Positions 8,074 to 15,789 of a stretch of DNA of 25,482 nucleotides are shown one piece after another. The notes beneath the pieces were generated by a model, which saw only the letters and a list, made by a program, of their open reading frames with translations, did no database searches and was not told the DNA's origin. Numbering within the stretch: position 1 is the stretch's first letter; every line of letters starts with the position of its first letter. Source of the stretch: a virus (taxonomy: Duplodnaviria; Caudoviricetes); IMG/VR virus record IMGVR_UViG_3300033407_000100, positions 1-25,482 of that record. One strand, given 5' to 3'. A program made the position numbers and the translations under genes.

Positions 8074-10376
8074 GCGAACGCCAGCCCCTGCCGCGCGGCG
8101 TCGACGATGAGCTTGGTGTTGCGCGCGGTCTGCTCAGTCGCCGTGGCCGTGCGCTCCTGGGCCGACCCGGCTCCGGCCAGGCCGGCGATTGCAGCGGCGT
8201 TGAACGTGCCGCGGACCTCCACGGCGCCGAGGACCTCGGCCAACTCACCGACGCGATCGGCCAGGGCCGCGTCGAGATCCGCGGCCGTGTCCGCATCGGC
8301 TTCCTCGCGGCGTCGCGCCGCCTCGCCGCGGGCCGTGTCGAGCTCGGCCTGGGCCTGCCGCAGGTCTTCGGCCGCCTGGGCGATCCGCGCACCGCGTCGC
8401 CGCTCGACGGCCGTGAGCGCCGCCTGCTCGGCCGCGTCGATCGCCGCCAGATCCGCGGCCTGCTCGCGGGCGCGCTCGGACTCGGTCAGCTGCGCGCGGC
8501 GATCCGCCTCGCGGTTGGCGTCTCGCCCCCGCTGCTCGATGTCGTTGAGTCGCTGGTCCGTGGCCGCGTCGGTCATGCGGTTGAGCTCGCCGGCGTCGAG
8601 GTCCTCGTCGAGGGCGGCGAACAGGTGGTTGAAGCCCTTCTCGACCGCGCCCTGGGCGGTCGCCCAGGCGCTCTGGACGCCGACGGTGAACGCGTTCCAC
8701 GCCTTGGCCATGAACGAGGTGAAGCGCGGGAAGTTGTCGTAGAACCAGTCGCGAACGCGGATCCAGGCTCGTTGCAGGCCGCTGAAGGCCTTCACCGCCA
8801 GCCGCTCGAAGGCGGCCCGGAAGTCGATCCAGATCCGCTCCAGGGCGTCGGTGCCGCGCTCCCACTCCGCGCGGACGCCGGCCCACAGCACCCGCGCCGC
8901 CAGGGCGACGTCGCCCGCGGCGAGCGCGTCCTGCATGCCGGAGACGACCCCGCTGACCCGCTCGCCCAGTCCGGCGAACCGGTCTCGCAGCCAGTCGATC
9001 GCCGCGCCGGCGGCCCCGCTGGCGACCACGACGACCCCGGGCAGTGCCCCGACCGCGGCCACGGCCAGGCCGATCGGCGACAGGACGGCCCCCAGGACCG
9101 CCACAACGCCCGTGAGGACCGTCGCGAGCCCGCCGATGGCGAACGCGGTCACCTGCGCGGCGAGCCCCAGGGCGATCAGGGCGGCCCCTGCGGCCCCGAT
9201 GGCGGCGACCGACGCGGCGGCCAGGACGACCGCCGCCCGGTGCTCGCGTGCCCACTGGGCGATCGCCCCCGCTGCCCGCGTGATGCCGTGAGTCGCGACC
9301 CGCAGCGGGGCGCCCAGAGACTCCCCGACGGCGATGCCGAGCCCCTCCAGCGCGGAGCGCAGGATCGTGACCTGGCCCTTGAGCGTGTTCAGCTGGACCG
9401 CCGCGATGCGGGCTGCCGTCCCGCCGGCGTTGCCCAGGGCCGCGGTGTAGTCCCGGAGCTTGTCGGCGCCCTGGGCCAGCAGCTCCGCGACGCCCGCGGC
9501 CGTCCGGGCCGGGAACAGCCGGCCCAGCACGTCGAGGCGCTGCCCGGTGCCCAGGCCGTCCATGGCGCGGTTGAGGTCGTCGATGATGTCCGCCAGCGGC
9601 CGGACGTCGCCGGCGGCGTCGGTCACGCGGACGCCGAGCTCCTGGAGCTTGTCGGCGGCCTCCTTGCTGGGGCTGGTCAGCGCGAGGATCGCACCGCGGA
9701 GCGTGGTGCCGGCCATCTCGGCCTGGATGCCCGCGTTGCTCAGCAGCTGCACCGCGGCGACGACCTCCTCGAAGGCGATCCCGGCGGTTTTCGCGATCGG
9801 GCCGACGAACTTCATCGCGTCTCCGAGCTGCTGGAGATCGGTGTTGGCCGTGGTCATGGCCTTGGTCAGCACGTCGACCGCCCCGCCGAGCCGGTCGGCC
9901 TCGATCCCCATCCCGGCCATGATCTTGGTCGCGATGTCGGCCGCCGCGGCCAGGTCGAGCTGGCCGGCCGCGGCGAGGTCCAGCGTCGGGCCGATCGCCG
10001 CCAGGATCTGCTGGACGTCGAAGCCCGCCAGGGCGAAGAACCCCATCGCCTCGGCGGCCTGGCTGGCGGAGAACACCGTCGTCTCGCCGAGCCGTTTGGC
10101 CTCCGCGGCCAGCCGCTGAAAGTCCGCCTCGGCGGCGCCGGTCAGCGCGCGCACCCGCGCCATCGATTGCTCGAAGCTCGCGAACGCGCGGCTGCTCAGC
10201 GCGAACGGCACGGCCGCGACCGTCGCGACCGCGACGAGCCGCTGGCCGATCGACCGGACGCCGTCACCGAAGGCCTTCAGCCGCCGCTGGGCGCGCCGGA
10301 GGCCTGCCGTCAGCTTGTCGCTGACGCCCAGCTCGACGAACGCACGTCCGGCCCGGATGCCACGCGTGTCCGCCAT
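8070..10376 (-). CDS. Tail tape measure protein (TP901-family core), 768 aa
   Basis: FEQSMARVRA...TTVFSASQAAEAM...NTDLQQLGDAMKFVGP...GIQAEMAGTTLR; Ala-rich helical with a central hydrophobic stretch. Confidence 0.95.
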   Translation of the reverse strand: MADTRGIRAGRAFVELGVSDKLTAGLRRAQRRLKAFGDGVRSIGQRLVAVATVAAVPFALSSRAFASFEQSMARVRALTGAAEADFQRLAAEAKRLGETTVFSASQAAEAMGFFALAGFDVQQILAAIGPTLDLAAAGQLDLAAAADIATKIMAGMGIEADRLGGAVDVLTKAMTTANTDLQQLGDAMKFVGPIAKTAGIAFEEVVAAVQLLSNAGIQAEMAGTTLRGAILALTSPSKEAADKLQELGVRVTDAAGDVRPLADIIDDLNRAMDGLGTGQRLDVLGRLFPARTAAGVAELLAQGADKLRDYTAALGNAGGTAARIAAVQLNTLKGQVTILRSALEGLGIAVGESLGAPLRVATHGITRAAGAIAQWAREHRAAVVLAAASVAAIGAAGAALIALGLAAQVTAFAIGGLATVLTGVVAVLGAVLSPIGLAVAAVGALPGVVVVASGAAGAAIDWLRDRFAGLGERVSGVVSGMQDALAAGDVALAARVLWAGVRAEWERGTDALERIWIDFRAAFERLAVKAFSGLQRAWIRVRDWFYDNFPRFTSFMAKAWNAFTVGVQSAWATAQGAVEKGFNHLFAALDEDLDAGELNRMTDAATDQRLNDIEQRGRDANREADRRAQLTESERAREQAADLAAIDAAEQAALTAVERRRGARIAQAAEDLRQAQAELDTARGEAARRREEADADTAADLDAALADRVGELAEVLGAVEVRGTFNAAAIAGLAGAGSAQERTATATEQTARNTKLIVDAARQGLAFA

Positions 10377-10379
10377 GAT

Positions 10380-10817
10380 TTACCCCGCCCGCACGCTGTC
10401 GCGCCACACCCGTGGGAGCTTGTCCCGCTCGGCCGCCAGGGCCGGCCCCATGTAAGGCCGGGCGGCGATCCGCACGCGCTCGGCGACCAGGCGACCGCGT
10501 CGGCGGCGCAGCACGGTCGTGGTCCCGCCCTGCTCGAGCACCTGCGGCGCGCGGCTGCTCCGGAGGCCCACCGGCCCGACGACGACCGAGTCGCTGGCCC
10601 GGTCGTACCCGAACAGGATCAGGTTCCGCAGCAGGCCGGTGTGGCTTGAGGGCGGCTGGCCCGGCCGGCTGGCCCGCCTGCGTTTGCGGATCGACGTCCG
10701 GGCCCGCCGCCGGATGAACGCGCCGGCGCGCGACAGCACCATCCGCTTGGCGCGATCGACGGCCCGGGCAACCGCCGGCCGGTCGAAGAACAGCTGCTTG
10801 ATCCGCATGTCAATCAT
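10380..10817 (-). CDS. HK97 gp10-like tail completion protein (145 aa)
   Basis: ATG at 10817 (ATGA overlap); basic; PSSHTGLLR...VLEQGG...IAARPYMGPAL resembles the gp10-family pattern. Confidence 0.72.
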   Translation of the reverse strand: MIDMRIKQLFFDRPAVARAVDRAKRMVLSRAGAFIRRRARTSIRKRRRASRPGQPPSSHTGLLRNLILFGYDRASDSVVVGPVGLRSSRAPQVLEQGGTTTVLRRRRGRLVAERVRIAARPYMGPALAAERDKLPRVWRDSVRAG

Positions 10818-11716
10818 GGGCTGATGGAGTCGCCACCGGGGCGCGGGAGCAGGTGGTCCAGCGGTGCCACGAGCTGGTCCACGACGGCGTCGTACCGCTC
10901 GCTGCCGGCGAACGCGTAGCCGCGCTCCGCGAGCAGAACCAGATACGGCCAGAGGATCGGGTCGTTGGGCGGCACGGTCCGGCCGTCGATCTTCACGTCG
11001 TGGTGCAGCAGGACGACCATTTCGTAGCGGTAGCCGCTGACGTCCGGCGGGTCGGCGAAGTGGTGGTGGACGAACCGCAGGTCGGCGATCGCCGGCGCCG
11101 AGTTGCACGCCCGCTCGTCGAACGTGGACGTCCCGACCTCGTTGACCGCCAGCGGCCACGCCTCGATCCCGGCGCGAAGGCCGATGCTTGCCGCGCGTCG
11201 GCACCAGGGCAGGGCGTGGGTGTGGCGCACCTCCTCGCGCGAGCCGGCGTCAAACCAGTACTCGCGCACGCCAACACTCGCCCAGGGGCGCAGCACCTCC
11301 GAGAGGAACGCATCATCCCGGGGATGCACGACCAGGTGGTGTTCCTCGGGCACCAGGCAGTCCCACAGCGAGCCTGTGCGCACGTCGACGCGCAGGCCCG
11401 CGTAGATGCCGACGGTCCTGCCCTGGGCTGCGGCGCCGGCGATGGCCGCGGCGAACCTGTCGCGGTGCGCGTCGCTGTAGATGCCCCACCAGGACGGCCC
11501 GCTCATGCGGTACCAAAGATCGGGCTCCTCGCGTGGCCCGTCGCGCCACCCGTGCGGGTTGTGGATGAGCGACCGCCCACCGCGCGCCAGCTGCCGGCGC
11601 AGCCACGGCAAGCCCTCGACGGGGTCGATCAGCGCGCGGTTGAAGCCGGTGGGGTTGCCCGGCTCGGGGTCGCGGCCATGGGTCCCGATGAAGCGGATGG
11701 GGCGGAGGTCCTTCAT
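10814..11716 (-). CDS. Hypothetical protein (300 aa), possible glycoside-hydrolase-like enzyme
   Basis: ATG at 11716 (ATGA overlap), MKDLRPIRFIG; alternating alpha/beta pattern with VGIYAG and WASVGVREYWFDAG. Function is speculative. Confidence 0.6.
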   Translation of the reverse strand: MKDLRPIRFIGTHGRDPEPGNPTGFNRALIDPVEGLPWLRRQLARGGRSLIHNPHGWRDGPREEPDLWYRMSGPSWWGIYSDAHRDRFAAAIAGAAAQGRTVGIYAGLRVDVRTGSLWDCLVPEEHHLVVHPRDDAFLSEVLRPWASVGVREYWFDAGSREEVRHTHALPWCRRAASIGLRAGIEAWPLAVNEVGTSTFDERACNSAPAIADLRFVHHHFADPPDVSGYRYEMVVLLHHDVKIDGRTVPPNDPILWPYLVLLAERGYAFAGSERYDAVVDQLVAPLDHLLPRPGGDSISP

Positions 11717-12195
11717 GCCGAAATCTCCGTGGGCGGTGTCGCCGGCGGCGCCGGTGGTGGGAGCTCGCCGGCCGTGCGCAGGCCCTTGTTGAAACTGGCC
11801 TCCTTCTCGCGCCGCAACCGCGCGGCGCCGAGGAACAGCCCGACCAGGCCCGTGAGCGCCGGCAGCGACGGGCCGAGGACGGGCACGCCGGCGAGCGTCG
11901 GCCCGAAGCTGTCCAGGACGCTCAGCGTCAGCTGACCCAGCAGGCCGCGGACCTCGTTGCCGCGCTCGATCGACGTCTTCCACTGGGCCCCGGTGCGTTG
12001 CGCCGACTGGATCCACGCGCGGTACTCCGCCTCGGCCTCGTTGAGCGACACGGCCGCCGGCAGCCCGACCTGCTGCTGGATCGCGATGGGCGTCTTGACA
12101 CGGACGATGTCGCCGAGGTCGCATCCGGCGACGGCGGCGAGGATGATCGACAGCAGCAGCAGCGCGAACGCGTAGGTGAGCTGGGCGGGTTTCAC
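11713..12195 (-). CDS. Lipoprotein with C-terminal hydrophobic segment (spanin candidate), 160 aa
   Basis: GTG at 12195 (GTGA overlap); MKPAQLTYAFALLLLSIILAAVAG|C lipobox; helical middle; LAGVPVLGPSLPALTGLVGLFLGAA followed by RLRREK. Confidence 0.72.
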   Translation of the reverse strand: MKPAQLTYAFALLLLSIILAAVAGCDLGDIVRVKTPIAIQQQVGLPAAVSLNEAEAEYRAWIQSAQRTGAQWKTSIERGNEVRGLLGQLTLSVLDSFGPTLAGVPVLGPSLPALTGLVGLFLGAARLRREKEASFNKGLRTAGELPPPAPPATPPTEISA

Positions 12196-12475
12196 GGTCG
12201 GGGCTCCTGGCGATCGAGGAACACGCTCTTGAGCACACGGACGCCGACGGTCGGGCACGCCGCGGCGTGCGCAAACGGGCCGTAGTCCTCGGCGCGGAAC
12301 GGCCGGTGCTTCTTCGGGTCGCGGTTGGTGTTGGCGATCAGTGCCATCAGCGAGCTCGTCCGTCCCCACTCGTCACGCCGGCGGCCCTCGGCCATCGCCA
12401 GCAGCTCCCGCAGCGTCAGCGGTCCGGGGTCGACGCCGGCGATCCCGGCGCATCGCCAGAGCAGCCGCCAGCAGA
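12192..12475 (-). CDS. Tail assembly chaperone downstream segment (gpT-like), in the -1 frame; start uncertain
   Basis: WRCAGIAGVDPGPLTLRELLAMAEG...ANTNRDPKK overlaps the chaperone 3' end in the -1 frame; an internal ATG lies at 12395. Confidence 0.6.
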
Positions 12476-12901
12476 CGCCAGCGCCTGCTCGACGATCCGC
12501 TCCAGCTGCCCGTCGTTGATCCGCTGCTCGACCAGGTCCCGCGCCCGGTCCATCACCTGCCGCGTCGCCTCCAGGACCCGCCCGAGGTTGCGGCGGTCCC
12601 TCGGGCTCGGGCAGAAATCCACCAGCTCCTCCAGCATCGCGTTGGTGCCGTCCTCGATCGCGTCGCCGGCCATCGCCGCGCCGAAGTCCTCGTCGCTGAT
12701 CCCCGCCGCCTCGGCCTGCGGCCGGCAGACGGCGTAGAGCACGTCGCACAGCAGGCACGGGTCCCGGATCAGCCGCTCGATGAGCGTGCCCTCGACGATC
12801 TCCATGAGATCCACGCCGACCAGCCCGCGGACGCGCCGCATGGCCGCGACGTTGACCTCGACGGACCAGTCGCGCCCTATCTTGTCCCGGAACGCGCGCA
12901 T
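12416..12901 (-). CDS. Tail assembly chaperone (gpG-like)
   Basis: GGAGG RBS; lies between tail tube and tape measure with an overlapping -1 frame ORF. Confidence 0.75.
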   Translation of the reverse strand: MRAFRDKIGRDWSVEVNVAAMRRVRGLVGVDLMEIVEGTLIERLIRDPCLLCDVLYAVCRPQAEAAGISDEDFGAAMAGDAIEDGTNAMLEELVDFCPSPRDRRNLGRVLEATRQVMDRARDLVEQRINDGQLERIVEQALASAGGCSGDAPGSPASTPDR

Positions 12902-12923
12902 GGTTGGTCCTCCGATTGGGGCG

Positions 12924-13526
12924 TCAGGGCGTCGAGTCGTACAGCAGTCCGATGTCCAGCGTCGCCGCGGCGCTCGAGCCCGCCTGCGAGGCCGTGATGG
13001 CGCCCACGACCGTCGACGCCAGCGGGTTGGCGGCGGTGGACGCGTTGAACCATGTCCACGCCTCCTTGGCCGTCAGGTCGACCGACAGCTCCGTCGCCGC
13101 ACCCTCCCGGAAACTCAGGTGCCCGCGGGCGTTGCACAGGGCGCCGATCGCCACGAGGTCCGCACCGTCGAAGTCGGTGTCGATCGTCACCTGCTCCGCG
13201 GCCGTGATCGCCGTCGTCGCCGCGGGCAGGATGTCGCCGGCGCCGCCGGAGAACGTGACGTCATCGCCGGCGACGCCGTCGACGTCGACGTCGTACCGCC
13301 GGCCGCCGTCCCAGTACACGTCGATGACGTCGCCGATCTGCAGGGCCGTGCCGCTGATCGTGAGCACGCCGGTCGTGTCGGTCGTACGTGTCGAGAGCGT
13401 CCCGGCCTCGGCGGCCGGCAGCGTGATCGGCCCGTGCCGGATGGAGCCGTCGGCCGAGCGGGAGATCGTCGAGCCCAGCGGCGCGCCCGCGATTTCACCA
13501 GAGAGTGTCAGGTTGCTGCTGGGCAT
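12924..13526 (-). CDS. Hypothetical virion protein (200 aa, Thr/Gly/Ala/Asp-rich)
   Basis: Starts 3 bp after the tail tube stop; beta-rich composition. Confidence 0.72.
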   Translation of the reverse strand: MPSSNLTLSGEIAGAPLGSTISRSADGSIRHGPITLPAAEAGTLSTRTTDTTGVLTISGTALQIGDVIDVYWDGGRRYDVDVDGVAGDDVTFSGGAGDILPAATTAITAAEQVTIDTDFDGADLVAIGALCNARGHLSFREGAATELSVDLTAKEAWTWFNASTAANPLASTVVGAITASQAGSSAAATLDIGLLYDSTP

Positions 13527-13529
13527 GGG

Positions 13530-13958
13530 TTACGCTCCGATCCAGCTCGGCGGCGTCGCCGAGTAGGTGACCTTGACGGTGACGCTCACGGTGATCGATT
13601 CCTCCAGCGGCTCCCCGCGGCTGAACGCGGTCACCATGAAGTCCGCCTGGAGCCCCTCGCCGGCGTCGGCGTCGAGGACCTGCAGGCCGATGATCGTGTT
13701 GTTGAGGAACGCGTCGCGGATCGCGTCGAAGCCGGCGTCGGCGGTGTCCCACACCATCTCGAACTCGACCGAGGCCTCCTTGAGCGTCGCGACGGTCGCG
13801 CGCCAGCCGGCGTTGGCCCGTGTGGTGACGTCGGCCTCCCCGGCCTCGAGGTTGAGCGTGACGTCGCGGACGTTGGTGAGCTCCAACCAGGCGCCGCCGG
13901 CGGCCTGGCCGCCGACCTTGTAGTTGAGCGTCGCCTCCATCCCCAGTTTGAAGCCCAT
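13530..13958 (-). CDS. Tail tube (major tail) protein
   Basis: WLELTNVRDVTLNLEAGEADVTTRANAGWRATVATLKEASVEFEM resembles TP901-1-type tail tubes; canonical position. Confidence 0.85.
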   Translation of the reverse strand: MGFKLGMEATLNYKVGGQAAGGAWLELTNVRDVTLNLEAGEADVTTRANAGWRATVATLKEASVEFEMVWDTADAGFDAIRDAFLNNTIIGLQVLDADAGEGLQADFMVTAFSRGEPLEESITVSVTVKVTYSATPPSWIGA

Positions 13959-13970
13959 CGGTTTTTCCCC

Positions 13971-14393
13971 TTATCGCAGGACGCGGTACGTGACGGTCAG
14001 GACGCTGGTGAGCACCCGGTGCTGATCCAGCAGCTCCGCGGCGACGACCGGGTCGTGGGCGATCGAGACCCACGCCGCTTCCGGGACGTCGTCCAGCCGG
14101 GTGTGGCGCAGGTGGTCGGCGACCTCCTGGGCCAGGTCCAGCAGCTGGTCGACCTCCGCGTCGCCGGCGACGTGCTTCTGGATGCCGACGTCGATCGCCG
14201 CCTCGAAGCTGGACAGCTGACGCGTCGCGCCGGTGATCAGCAGCGACCGCGGCACGACATTCACACGCAGGTCAGCGAGCTCCACCAGGTCGTGCGACGG
14301 CTGGTGCACGCGCGCCGCGGTGAACGACAGGCTGAACGAACCCGCATTCAGCGCGGCGGTGACGCCGTCGGCGAGGTCGATGAGCACACTCAC
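13971..14393 (-). CDS. Putative tail terminator (140 aa)
   Basis: GTG at 14393 (GTGA overlap), MSVLIDLADGVTAALN; size and position directly before the tail tube. Confidence 0.7.
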   Translation of the reverse strand: MSVLIDLADGVTAALNAGSFSLSFTAARVHQPSHDLVELADLRVNVVPRSLLITGATRQLSSFEAAIDVGIQKHVAGDAEVDQLLDLAQEVADHLRHTRLDDVPEAAWVSIAHDPVVAAELLDQHRVLTSVLTVTYRVLR

Positions 14394-14632
14394 GGGCTGC
14401 CCCCTCCTGAGCCCGGACCCGCGCCCGACAGTCGCCCCTCGAGAAACGACAGCCGCCGCTCGATCGAGCGGTAGTCGACGCGGATCTCGCTCAGCGCGGT
14501 CTCGACGCCGTCGAGCTTGGCCAGCAGGACACCCCACTGCACGGTGACGCCGGCCGCGACCAGGGCTAGCGCGACGAGCACGCCCACCCAGCGGGAGCCG
14601 ACTGCTTTGGATTTGCAGGGCACGTCGCTCAT
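14390..14632 (-). CDS. Small single-TM plus coiled-coil protein (holin-like candidate), 80 aa
   Basis: ATG at 14632 (ATGA overlap); WVGVLVALALVAAGVTVQWGVLL followed by heptads KLDGVETALSEIRVDYRSIERRLSFLEG. Confidence 0.6.
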   Translation of the reverse strand: MSDVPCKSKAVGSRWVGVLVALALVAAGVTVQWGVLLAKLDGVETALSEIRVDYRSIERRLSFLEGRLSGAGPGSGGGSP

Positions 14633-15015
14633 GGGGACTCCGTCGCAACGTGCTTGCTGTGGACGCGAAGCGCGAGCCGGTACGGGTCGCTGTACCGCCA
14701 CGGCGGCTCGGTGCCCGGCGCGAGGACCTCGTAGACGAACGTCGTGCCGCCGGCGTCGGTCTCGCGGATGAGGTCGCCGGCGGCCGGCAGCGTCGGCGTG
14801 CCGGCCAGGACCAGGTCCGCGGTGCGGACCAGGTAGTCGCGGCTCTCGAGGCGCTGGATGAGCCCGACCTCGTCGGCCTGCTCGAACAGCGTCCGGCCGA
14901 CCGTGGCCGACAGCTGGACCTCGTCGGCGCCGCGCCGGTAGACGACCGTCCGCGTCAGATGCGTCTGACGCTGGTCGTCGAGCCACTGCGCGCCTTGGGC
15001 CAGCAGGTCGGTCAT
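14629..15015 (-). CDS. Head closure / head-tail joining protein (gpFII-like)
   Basis: 128 aa, beta-rich (TVVYRRG...SRDYLV...GDLIRE...YEVL); position after the capsid genes. Confidence 0.7.
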   Translation of the reverse strand: MTDLLAQGAQWLDDQRQTHLTRTVVYRRGADEVQLSATVGRTLFEQADEVGLIQRLESRDYLVRTADLVLAGTPTLPAAGDLIRETDAGGTTFVYEVLAPGTEPPWRYSDPYRLALRVHSKHVATESP

Positions 15016-15021
15016 CCGGGG

Positions 15022-15348
15022 TCAGGGCGTGAGCAGGATCCGGACGAACCGGTCGCCGTCGGCGGCCGCCCGGGTCGCCTTGCCCATTTGCTTGTTGGCG
15101 CCGGCGCCGTCGCTGTCGGTCGCGACGAGGTTGGTCGCGTCCCAGTACACCTTGGCACCGATCGCGATGCCCGTACTGGCCCCGACGTCCTTCACGACGT
15201 TGAACACGCCGTGCGTGAAGACCTTCCCGACCGCGCCCGAGGCGATGTCGTCGGCGGCGATGGTGACCAGGTCGCCCTGGACGATGACGTCGCCGCCGTC
15301 GATGTCCGAGGCCGCCTCGTGGTTGACCGTGCTGCGTACTGCTGCCAT
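15022..15348 (-). CDS. DUF2190-like capsid decoration/cement protein, copy 2
   Basis: GDVIVQGDLVTIAADDIASG...GVFNVVK...IGAKVYWD...MGKA; GGAGG RBS. Confidence 0.8.
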   Translation of the reverse strand: MAAVRSTVNHEAASDIDGGDVIVQGDLVTIAADDIASGAVGKVFTHGVFNVVKDVGASTGIAIGAKVYWDATNLVATDSDGAGANKQMGKATRAAADGDRFVRILLTP

Positions 15349-15372
15349 GTCTGGAACCTCCCTCGGTGTGGA

Positions 15373-15759
15373 TCAGCTGCCGGAGCTGGAGCTCAGCGAC
15401 GAGCTGGCCCCCGCGGCGCCTTGCGGGCTCAGCAGCGCGCGGACGACCGTCGCGGCGTCGCCGGCGGCCTCGACCACCGGGCCGATCAGCGGGTTCGCGC
15501 CGCCGCCGCTGTTGACGGTGGCGAAGCCCGCGGTCGCGTCCCAGTACACCAGGTCGCCGACGGCCAGGTCCGTGCCGGCTCCGGCGCCCTTGGGCCACTC
15601 GAAGACGCCGCAAATCGACAGCGACCCCAGCTGCCCGGCGGCGATGTCGAGCTTCGCCACGCCCACCAGGCCGTTCTGGACGACGACGTCGCCGGCGGTG
15701 ACCGCGCCGCCGGGCGTGTAGGGGATCGACTCCCCCTCGTACCTGTAGATGACCGTCAT
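15373..15759 (-). CDS. DUF2190-like capsid decoration/cement protein, copy 1, with Ser-rich C-terminal tail
   Basis: GDVVVQNGLVGVAKLDIAAG...GVFEWPK...VGDLVYWD...IGPV; ends GAAGASSSLSSSSGS. Confidence 0.82.
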   Translation of the reverse strand: MTVIYRYEGESIPYTPGGAVTAGDVVVQNGLVGVAKLDIAAGQLGSLSICGVFEWPKGAGAGTDLAVGDLVYWDATAGFATVNSGGGANPLIGPVVEAAGDAATVVRALLSPQGAAGASSSLSSSSGS

Positions 15760-15789
15760 TGCTCAGTGCTCCCTGTTGCTGCTGGTTCC

